Positions 37,312 through 43,794 of a DNA stretch of 43,794 nt are shown here, one piece after another. The stretch covers positions 4,198 to 47,991 of the forward strand of contig CAZVYH010000004.1 of assembly GCA_964631485.1 (NCBI GenBank), given 5' to 3'. Origin of the DNA: an uncultured Candidatus Saccharibacteria bacterium. GTDB lineage: Bacteria; Patescibacteriota; Minisyncoccia; Phycocordibacterales; EsbW-18. The position numbers were made by a program, and so were the translations under genes. Under the pieces are notes generated by a model. It was given only the letters and a program-made list of their open reading frames with translations. It did no database searches and had not been told where the DNA came from. Position 1 is the first letter of the stretch. Each line of letters starts with the position of its first letter.

Positions 37312-39603
37312 AGCCACATGCACCGCCTCATCAAAAGAGACGGAGAGGAGTTGTGAAATAGCGTCTGATCCCATAGTGATTCCGTAGAGAACTCCCGCGC
37401 GCGACATCGTTTCTCGGTTGTGTGTGATGAGAATAAGCTGTGTTTTCTTCGCAAGGTTTTCAATCATGTCTCCGTAGCGTTTTGAGTTTGCCTCATCAAG
37501 CGCCGCGTCGGTTTCATCTAAAATAATGAACGGCGGCGGGTTCACCTGAGACATCGCGAAAATGAGCGCAATAGATGTCAGCGCGCGTTCGCCTCCCGAG
37601 AGCATTTCCAACCCATGAATTTTTTTACGGGGCAACGAGACGTGAATCTCAACACCTTCCGACACCTTTTCTTCTCCTTGCTCCGGTTCAGGTATATCGC
37701 CGGTTTCAATATCTTCCACATCCGTGTCGCGTCGTACCTTTCGCACCTCTTTTACAATTTCCAACGATGCGCTTCCCCCGTTAAACATGAGCGAAAAGAA
37801 GTCTGAAAATTGAGTGTTTATTTTTTTCACACCATCGGCAAACTCACGCGCCAACGTTTCTTCAAGATCGGTGATGAGCACGTGAAGAGATTCGGCTGAC
37901 TGCTCTAAATCGGCGACTTCTTTTTCAAGAAACGCATCCCGCTGTGATACCTCCTCAAATTCTTTCATGATGTCGTCTCCCCCGCCGCTTCCCGCATCTT
38001 CAAGACGAACCTTCGTCCGTTCTATCTGTCGCTTGCGCTCATGCTGTTCAGAGCGCTCTTCGGATAGCTCACCCTCCGTGAGTGCGCGGAGTAAATCATC
38101 AAACCGAACGGCTTCGGGTCCGACAAGCGCGCCCGCCTCAAGCAACTCACGTTTATATTCTTCTTCCTCGAGTTTCCATGAGTGTTGTTCGCCCGTCAGC
38201 ACCTGAATACGCATACGAACTTCCTGCTGTTCGTTGGAGAGCGTAAAAATACGACGCTCCATTTCACGACCGGAGTGTATGTCGGATTCAATTGTCTGCT
38301 GAATCTTTTTATACGCCTCGGCACTCTCTTTTTCCTCCTGTTCCAGTCGTCCTATTTCCTCTTCGCGCGTTTTCTTATCGTGTTCCAAATGTGAAAGATT
38401 TTTGCGTATTTCTTCAACATCCTCATTACGAAGCGTCTCTCCGCGCGCGGTGTTCATAAATTCGGTAACAAGACCCCGAATATCGGCAAGTGCTTTTTTG
38501 AACTGTGCCGGGTCGTCCTGAGACAACGCGACATCTATCAGACGCCCTAGTGAAGTCGCCAGAGAGGACACGGACACAAACGGAATTGTTTTATGTGATT
38601 CTTCTGACTGCCGGCGCTCTTCTTTTGCAAGCACCGAACGCAGGGCGGAAATTTCTCCTTCAATTCGTCCGACGTCACGAGTGGCAGAGTCTTTTTGCTC
38701 ACGAATGCTCCGTATTTTTTCTTCCGACAACAGAAGAGCATCTGAGGTCGTATCTTTCTGGGAAAGCTTTTGGAGTTCTTCGCGTGCCTCTGCGATGTCT
38801 TTCTGCAACTCCTCCATTCGCTTCTCCTGCGGAATAAGTTCCCGTGTAATGCGTGCATGCGTCGCATCAAGGTATGCTTTTTCGCGTGCAAAATATTCCC
38901 GATATGCCTGTTTGAGATCCTGCGCTAGCTCACGCGCTTTCTCAACCTTAGCAACCTGTTTCTTCAAGAACGCGAGGTGTGGCTTCAGTTCGCGGCGAAT
39001 GCTTTCCACTTTTTCAAGATTTTCTTGCGTTTTTTCCAATTTGCGCTCACTTTCTTCTTTTTTGTAGTGGTAAATTTTTAATCCTAACGCATCCTCCACC
39101 ATCGCCTTGCGCTCACGGGCGTTCACCGACAAAATTCTGTCCGCCTCTCCTTGAGAAATAATGTGATGTCCCGAGGCGCCGATGTGCGCTCCTGCAAGTA
39201 ATTCAATGGTATCTTTCAGACGAACCGTTGAGCCGTTCAAGCGATATTCACTCGTTGCGTCACGATGAATAACGCGCTCCAAAGAGACCTCATCAAAATC
39301 AATACCAAACAGGCGTCCTGATTCGGATGAGTTTCCTTGCGGAGTGTTGTCAAACGTCAACATGACATGCGCCCGGTTGCTTCTCGGTACCGTCTTTGAT
39401 CCGTTCCAAATAAGATCCTCCGTCCGCTTGCCGCGCATTGATTTAATGGACTGTTCACCGAGAACAAACCGAAATGATTCGGCTATGTTTGATTTACCGG
39501 AACCGTTAGGACCCACTATGGCCGTGATAGGTGTCGTAAATGCAAGCGATGATTTTTTCGCGAATGATTTGAATCCGGAAAGTTCTAGAGATTTGAGATA
39601 CAT
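37306..39603 (-). CDS. smc: SMC-family chromosome partition ATPase, short form
   Basis: The N-terminal head is MYLKSLELSGFKSFAKK...IVGPNGSGKSNI. The C-terminal head has LSGGERALTSIALIFA (signature) and FIILDETDAALD (Walker B). Long heptad-like E/K/R/L-rich arms lie between them. rnc-smc synteny is retained. Confidence 0.85.
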   Translation of the reverse strand: MYLKSLELSGFKSFAKKSSLAFTTPITAIVGPNGSGKSNIAESFRFVLGEQSIKSMRGKRTEDLIWNGSKTVPRSNRAHVMLTFDNTPQGNSSESGRLFGIDFDEVSLERVIHRDATSEYRLNGSTVRLKDTIELLAGAHIGASGHHIISQGEADRILSVNARERKAMVEDALGLKIYHYKKEESERKLEKTQENLEKVESIRRELKPHLAFLKKQVAKVEKARELAQDLKQAYREYFAREKAYLDATHARITRELIPQEKRMEELQKDIAEAREELQKLSQKDTTSDALLLSEEKIRSIREQKDSATRDVGRIEGEISALRSVLAKEERRQSEESHKTIPFVSVSSLATSLGRLIDVALSQDDPAQFKKALADIRGLVTEFMNTARGETLRNEDVEEIRKNLSHLEHDKKTREEEIGRLEQEEKESAEAYKKIQQTIESDIHSGREMERRIFTLSNEQQEVRMRIQVLTGEQHSWKLEEEEYKRELLEAGALVGPEAVRFDDLLRALTEGELSEERSEQHERKRQIERTKVRLEDAGSGGGDDIMKEFEEVSQRDAFLEKEVADLEQSAESLHVLITDLEETLAREFADGVKKINTQFSDFFSLMFNGGSASLEIVKEVRKVRRDTDVEDIETGDIPEPEQGEEKVSEGVEIHVSLPRKKIHGLEMLSGGERALTSIALIFAMSQVNPPPFIILDETDAALDEANSKRYGDMIENLAKKTQLILITHNRETMSRAGVLYGITMGSDAISQLLSVSFDEAVHVAK

Positions 39604-39643
39604 GTCGTGTGTGTAAAACTATTCGTCCTGCGTCTAGTATGAC

Positions 39644-39677
39644 AAAAAAAGCGTGGAATGACCACACTTCTTTCCAC
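39644..39677 (-). terminator. candidate terminator downstream of rnc
   Basis: The stem gtggaa / ttccac has a 13-nt loop. On the minus strand it is followed by GCTTTTTTT. Confidence 0.45.
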
Positions 39678-39698
39678 TCCCGAAACGCACAGAGAAAC

Positions 39699-40394
39699 CT
39701 ATCGCGCCCAGCCTTTTGCCGCAAGGGCGTTGAGCGCCGCCTCCTGTTCGGCCTCCTGTTTTGACTTGCCGTCACCTTCGGCTATTTTTTCCGTATTTAA
39801 AAAGACACCCACGGTAAACTGTTTGTCGTGATCAGGCCCCTCTTCTTTGAGGGTTTCGTACGACGGCGTGGTGCCTGTTTTGTCTTGTGCAAGCTCCTGA
39901 AAACGACTCTTTGCGTCACGCCACAAGTGCTTGCCGACAATGTCGTCCGTCAGTGGAAGCAGTGTACGCTCCACGAACTGCTGCGCTACCGCGTATCCGC
40001 CGTCAAGAAACAGCGCACCGACGAGAGCCTCAAAGGCGTTTGCGAGAATATACTGACGCGCACGTCCCACATCCTTTGATTCTCCCTTAGAAAGCAGGAG
40101 GAAGTCGTTGACGCCCAGCTCCATCGCAACAGTGGCAAGCGTTGATGTGTTAACCAGCCCGGCACGGTACGAGGTCAAATCGCCTTCCGTTTTTTTAGGG
40201 TACTTTGCAAAGAGAAATTCCGTAGTGATGAGTTCCAAAACCGCGTCTCCTAAAAACTCCAGGCGCTCGTTGTGTTGTCCGGTGTGTGCCTTCGATTCGT
40301 TAATGTACGAACGGTGTGTGAGCGCGGTCAGGAGCAGTGCTTCGTCGGTAAATACGTGACCGAGTTTTTGTTGTATAGATCCGATATCTTTCAT
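39699..40394 (-). CDS. rnc: ribonuclease III
   Basis: It contains LLLTALTHRSY, the signature NERLEFLGDAVLE and a C-terminal dsRBD (GPDHDKQFTVGV...GDGKSKQEAEQEAA). The start was chosen at MKDIGSIQ; the longest ORF (to 40493) would overlap the nusB fusion by 94 nt. Confidence 0.95.
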   Translation of the reverse strand: MKDIGSIQQKLGHVFTDEALLLTALTHRSYINESKAHTGQHNERLEFLGDAVLELITTEFLFAKYPKKTEGDLTSYRAGLVNTSTLATVAMELGVNDFLLLSKGESKDVGRARQYILANAFEALVGALFLDGGYAVAQQFVERTLLPLTDDIVGKHLWRDAKSRFQELAQDKTGTTPSYETLKEEGPDHDKQFTVGVFLNTEKIAEGDGKSKQEAEQEAALNALAAKGWAR

Positions 40395-40399
40395 ACAAA

Positions 40400-41290
40400 T
40401 TATTTCTGAGAAATCAGCGTAATTGCTTTCGTAATCAGCGGGAGAATATCGTCGTAAATGTTGAGGTTGAGAATTTCCGAAATACGAAACCATCGGCCGT
40501 CATCGAGCCCGCCGGATGTACCGAGTGTAATTTCATGAAACGGCGCTTCCGCTAAAAAGTACATAACACGTTTACGGACTTTTCCGCGCTCGGGATGTGA
40601 CGCCACATACTCATTGGAACCAAGCTCGTCTTGGATTTCAACAGCAAGTCCGAGTTCTTCCTGAATTTCTCTCGCGGTTCCCGCGCGTACATCTTCATTC
40701 TTTTCAATTTTACCTTTTGAGAGAGTCCAGTGACCGAAGACGTCGTGCACAAACGCAACATAAATATCCTTCTCATGCTTTGCATACACAACCGCGCCGC
40801 CGAGCATTTCTAGGGGCAACTCATCGTACGGAATATCTTTCTTTTTCTTTGATGTTTCATTCTTCCCCGGCTCGCCCATCTCTTTGTACACCGAGCCAAG
40901 TACACCGTTGACAAAGCGTCCGCTTGAGTCCCCGCCGAACGTCTTAGCAAGTTCAATGGCTTCATTGATAGCCACCTTCGCCGGCACATGAGCTCGGTCA
41001 CCGAACAGAAGCTCGTACAAACCGAGGCGCAGCACACTCCGATCAACAAGTGATATTTTCTCCAACGGCCATTCAGGCGCTGCCTTCTGAATGATGGTAT
41101 CGAGGTCTTTCTGACGTTCAATAACACCGTGCATAAGGGAACGCATAAAATCACGCTCGCCGATGCCGGGGGCGTATTCCTCTATAGTACTCGCAAGAAT
41201 TGCATCGACTTCTTTCAGATTGATATTCGAAAAATCTATCTGAAAAAGAGTCTGAAGAACAACTGAACGTGCGAGGTGTCGATTACTCAT
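40400..41290 (-). CDS. nusB: NusB antitermination factor fused to a C-terminal Nudix hydrolase domain
   Basis: Residues ~1-140 are NusB-like (ARSVVLQTLFQ, DRSVLRLGLYELLF, AINEAIELAKTFGG...FVNGVLG). After a K-rich linker there is a domain with a complete Nudix box, GKIEKNEDVRAGTAREIQEELGL. It is a single ORF with no internal stop. Confidence 0.85.
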   Translation of the reverse strand: MSNRHLARSVVLQTLFQIDFSNINLKEVDAILASTIEEYAPGIGERDFMRSLMHGVIERQKDLDTIIQKAAPEWPLEKISLVDRSVLRLGLYELLFGDRAHVPAKVAINEAIELAKTFGGDSSGRFVNGVLGSVYKEMGEPGKNETSKKKKDIPYDELPLEMLGGAVVYAKHEKDIYVAFVHDVFGHWTLSKGKIEKNEDVRAGTAREIQEELGLAVEIQDELGSNEYVASHPERGKVRKRVMYFLAEAPFHEITLGTSGGLDDGRWFRISEILNLNIYDDILPLITKAITLISQK

Positions 41291-41334
41291 GTTTAGCGTG
41301 CCGCATTTCTATACGGCGCGATTTTTCAATGAAA

Positions 41335-41610
41335 CTATTTTGCTGAAGCCTCTTCTTTCGCCGCTTTGGTACCCTGTGTACTCTCGCCCCGTGCGCGGAT
41401 TTTTGCCTGTTTCCGGCGAATAACACGCTCCTGTTTTCCTTTAGCATCAACAACGGTTCGTCCGCGGTATACCCCGCACACCGGACATGCTTGGTGCCGA
41501 ATATGTTTTGAACCGCATGAAGCGCACGTCGAAAGACGCGGCTCTTTGAGCGCATGGTGGGAACGTCGGTTCCCCGTGTGTCCTGAAGTGTGTCGCATTC
41601 GTACGGTCAT
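41335..41610 (-). CDS. rpmF: 50S ribosomal protein L32 with a basic C-terminal extension
   Basis: MTVRMRHTSGHTGNRRSHHAL...CASCGSKHIRHQACPVCGVYRGR is L32 with an intact CxxC...CxxC ribbon. I chose the internal start because the longer ORF (to 41691) would run through the upstream terminator hairpin. Confidence 0.85.
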   Translation of the reverse strand: MTVRMRHTSGHTGNRRSHHALKEPRLSTCASCGSKHIRHQACPVCGVYRGRTVVDAKGKQERVIRRKQAKIRARGESTQGTKAAKEEASAK

Positions 41611-41648
41611 ACGAAAAACACTATACCAAATGGGAGCTTTTTGTGCAA

Positions 41649-41698
41649 ACGAAAAGGCCCGGATGGTATCAGACCTTTTCGTCTGTATCATCCGGGCC
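41649..41698 (-). terminator. strong intrinsic terminator downstream of the high-GC orphan gene
   Basis: An 18-bp stem, ggcccggatggtatcagac / gtctgtatcatccgggcc (one bulge, one G-U pair), has a 6-nt loop. On the minus strand it is followed by TTTTCGTTTG. Confidence 0.7.
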
Positions 41699-41721
41699 GT
41701 TGCCCGAAGCGAGATCCGATC

Positions 41722-42234
41722 TCAGGAGGCCAGGAGCTCGTCCACGTGCAGCTTCCGGTGAATCCACCCCCAGTCGCTGTTGCGCTTCGCCATGTAGGCG
41801 ATGAGATGTGGGGCCAGTTGCCGGTGAAGTTCGGAGGTCTGGGGGTGCTTGTACACCTCCTCAATCTCCATCCAGAAGGGCGCCGAGAGAAACTCATCCG
41901 GCATCCCTTCCTCCTGGTCCACCTTCTCGTAGTCGCGAAGCTCTCCGTTCGGCTCCACCAGGAACCAGAACTGCGCGTGTTCGTCGCTGAGCCGGTTGGA
42001 CCAGATGAGGTCCAACACTTTGACGGAACCCGCCTGCATCATCTCGCGGTCGCCGACGAGCTCGGCGAGTAGCGTCTCCTGAGGACTCTTGTCGGCGCGT
42101 CCATCGGACTTCTTCTGAGAACCGCCGGGAAACTTCAGCGTCCTCCGGCCGTTGCGCCGATACCAGAAAACCAAAACCTTGGTCCCCTGGACGGCAACAC
42201 CGCCGGCGTACCACTTCGCACGATTGAAGGCCAT
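41722..42234 (-). CDS. hypothetical protein, Nudix-fold-like with a degenerate Nudix box, in a high-GC insert
   Basis: The 170-aa ORF has a strong SD (GGAGGAAAGGA-ATG). The N-terminus (AGGVAVQGTKVLVFWYRR...LKFPGG) resembles the Nudix beta-strands. The box position reads GGSQKKSDGRADKSPQETLLAELVG, so the REUxEE glutamates are largely replaced. Other long ORFs in this interval are Arg-rich out-of-frame artefacts of the high G+C. Confidence 0.5.
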   Translation of the reverse strand: MAFNRAKWYAGGVAVQGTKVLVFWYRRNGRRTLKFPGGSQKKSDGRADKSPQETLLAELVGDREMMQAGSVKVLDLIWSNRLSDEHAQFWFLVEPNGELRDYEKVDQEEGMPDEFLSAPFWMEIEEVYKHPQTSELHRQLAPHLIAYMAKRNSDWGWIHRKLHVDELLAS

Positions 42235-42310
42235 TCCTTTCCTCCACAGGAAATCCCTTTCGGGGGTTGAATGTACAACTCATTACTGCGTCGATAATAA
42301 CACTATATAT

Positions 42311-42907
42311 CTATATTGTCAATGCTTTACAAAATGTCCTTCGGTGAAGCGGTGTTGTTCCCCATTTGTGTATCGCCTGTATATGCTTTTTTGTCCCGTA
42401 TCCTTTATGAACATCAAACTCGTACTTTGGATATTTTTTTGCAATACGCATCATATATCTGTCGCGCGTAACTTTTGCCACAATGGACGCAAGAGCAACA
42501 CAAAGTTCTTTTTCATCTCCTTTAATGATTGTTTTTTGATATCGGTACTTTTCAGGTGCTTTCAGTCCTCCGTCTAAAAGAATCTGCGTGTGCTTCGGTA
42601 CATCTACCGTGTTGAGTACGGTTGTAATTCCCTGCCTGATTGCAAACGAAATCCCTTTTGAATCAATGGTGTGTGCGCCCACCAATTTCACCGCATACGA
42701 AAGCGCGCCCTCTTTTTTCAGACGCATAATTTCTTCAAACCACTCATCACGCCGTTTCGGAGAAAGTTTCTTTGAGTCACGTGTTTTCGGAAACGCCTTT
42801 CGGACCGCACCGGAGCGGATGACGACGCACGCAACGGACACGGGTCCCGCCAACGGTCCCCTCCCCGCTTCATCAATGCCGACGACGGTTTTCATATACC
42901 GACACAC
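42311..42907 (-). CDS. rnhB: ribonuclease HII
   Basis: VGIDEAGRGPLAGPVSVA and DSKKLSPKRRDEW are RNase HII signatures. An alternative start (MKTVVGIDEAG) is at 42895. Confidence 0.93.
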   Translation of the reverse strand: MCRYMKTVVGIDEAGRGPLAGPVSVACVVIRSGAVRKAFPKTRDSKKLSPKRRDEWFEEIMRLKKEGALSYAVKLVGAHTIDSKGISFAIRQGITTVLNTVDVPKHTQILLDGGLKAPEKYRYQKTIIKGDEKELCVALASIVAKVTRDRYMMRIAKKYPKYEFDVHKGYGTKKHIQAIHKWGTTPLHRRTFCKALTI

Positions 42908-43794
42908 TTAGTTGAAAAAGTTTTTGATGATAACAATGACGAAATAGAGATAGAACAAAGACGCACCGACCAAAAAGATATTCGTCACCATTCCCGGTCG
43001 AAGCGCTTTGGGAAGCTTTGTGTTGTTCAGATACAGTAACAACGGCGTATACAGCGCCATGACAAAACCACCGAGTGCCGAACTTGCAATCAAAAACACA
43101 AACGGCTGGTTAAACGGCAACAACGCTGCCTGCACGACGATGATACCCAAGATGAGTCCGTAGTAGAGATGGTGAATCGAGACATTGGCAAGCGGTTTGA
43201 AGAATGGAGTGAGTCGCCCTTCGCGCGCATTGGTATGAATAATGTCTGAAACCATGCGGGTAAGCGCATCAATGACCGTCCACATCACCGAAAACAGCAT
43301 GAGGTACGTCATCACAAGATAGAGCGTTGTGCCGAGGTTGCCGAACTGCGCCCCGAAAATGCGTGCCTGCTCGATTGCCAGCCGCGTGCCGTCCGGAACA
43401 ATACCCAGCGGCGAGAGCACCACAAACGCATTGGCACCTAAGAGGAGCAGCGTGACCGTACCCAGAAGCCAAAAGATAATTCCCTGATCAATGCGCACAA
43501 ACAGCATCCACTTTTTCCAACGTGACATCTGTTCAGGACTGTCGGTATCAAACGAGGCGCCGACGACACCGACAGCCTCCGGTTTTCCTGAGATGGGATT
43601 CGTGATACGTCCGCTGTACGCCGCCATACCCGACTGTTTATCGCGGTACCACAGTGATGTGCACAAATTGAGCATTCCTCCCGCACCCGCAAACACAATG
43701 GCGCCAAGAAGTACTTTTACATCAATACCTTCGGGCATATACCCAAAGCTCGTCAGCCCTTTGAGCGCCGCAACAATATCGCTCCACGAAAGAT
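42908..43794 (-). CDS. multi-pass membrane transporter, Nramp-like (5' end outside the window)
   Basis: The reading frame stays open upstream of the listed Met to the window edge (…LSWSDIVAALKGLTSFGYMPEG…). About six TM segments are visible. The block LLGAIVFAGAGGMLNL...YRDK...RIDQGIIF resembles the TM6-TM7 region of Nramp/COG1914 proteins, but the family call is tentative. Confidence 0.5.
   Translation of the reverse strand, partial: LSWSDIVAALKGLTSFGYMPEGIDVKVLLGAIVFAGAGGMLNLCTSLWYRDKQSGMAAYSGRITNPISGKPEAVGVVGASFDTDSPEQMSRWKKWMLFVRIDQGIIFWLLGTVTLLLLGANAFVVLSPLGIVPDGTRLAIEQARIFGAQFGNLGTTLYLVMTYLMLFSVMWTVIDALTRMVSDIIHTNAREGRLTPFFKPLANVSIHHLYYGLILGIIVVQAALLPFNQPFVFLIASSALGGFVMALYTPLLLYLNNTKLPKALRPGMVTNIFLVGASLFYLYFVIVIIKNFFN

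Noticed and set aside
41611-41691. A longer version of the L32 ORF, starting at 41691.
   Set aside because: The extra 27 codons run through the 18-bp terminator hairpin of the upstream gene. The conserved L32 N-terminus (MTVRMRHT...) begins at the internal Met at 41610.
41590-42283. Alternative ORFs (160 aa on the plus strand; 129 aa and 69 aa on the minus strand) within the high-GC insert.
   Set aside because: Their Arg/Pro/Gly-rich translations are typical of wrong frames in GC-rich DNA. Only the 170-aa frame has a consensus SD and ends just before the strong terminator.
42235-42310. A small hairpin (atccc-tttc-ggggt) downstream of rnhB as a possible terminator.
   Set aside because: The stem is only about 5 bp including a wobble pair, and the T-tract is poor. 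It is not strong enough to annotate. The region more likely just holds the promoter and SD of the high-GC gene.

Overview
This is a 43.8-kb, gene-dense window that is almost entirely housekeeping genes from a small-genome bacterium. All calls come from reading the supplied translations and the DNA by eye; no database search was run.

The compact RpoB and RpoC, the 586-aa AlaRS, the 765-aa SMC, a truncated rpsP-trmD cluster and many single-pass membrane orphans fit a Candidate Phyla Radiation/Patescibacteria-like genome using the standard genetic code. That assignment is inference.

Layout:
- Minus-strand run, 14570 down to 1: murA, mreB, holB-like, a membrane orphan, nth, a family-4-type UDG, an M16 peptidase, alaS, an actin-fold protein, a large single-pass membrane protein, infA, rpmJ, rpsM, rpsK, rpsD, rpoA, rplQ, rplM, rpsI.
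- Plus-strand block, 14596-19067: priA-like, hisS, a DEDDy exonuclease, a DsbA-like protein.
- Minus-strand run, 31735 down to 19109: rpsP, then KH protein and trmD, then rpoB, rpoC, dnaG, rpoD and a PD-(D/E)XK nuclease.
- Accessory islet, 31846-34427: four secreted or membrane orphans with elevated G+C.
- Plus-strand block, 34493-37282: rnr, a small 2-TM protein, a bPH_2-type membrane protein.
- Minus-strand run, from 43794 down to 37306: an Nramp-like transporter (partial), rnhB, a high-GC Nudix-like orphan, rpmF, a nusB-Nudix fusion, rnc, smc.

I recognised no rRNA, tRNA, CRISPR array, transposase or integrase.

Most interesting observations:
1. A GC-elevated two-gene operon encodes a signal-peptide protein whose His/Asp spacing resembles LasA/beta-lytic (M23A) bacteriolytic peptidases, together with a membrane-anchored partner.
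2. A NusB-Nudix fusion ORF lies next to rnc.
3. A roughly 62% G+C single-gene insertion between rnhB and rpmF encodes a Nudix-fold protein with a degenerate catalytic box.
4. Several core machines look degenerate or minimised: PriA has no Walker A motif, SMC has no canonical hinge, and an actin-fold protein has degenerate phosphate loops.
5. rpoB, rpoC, dnaG, rpoD and a nuclease appear to form one transcription unit.
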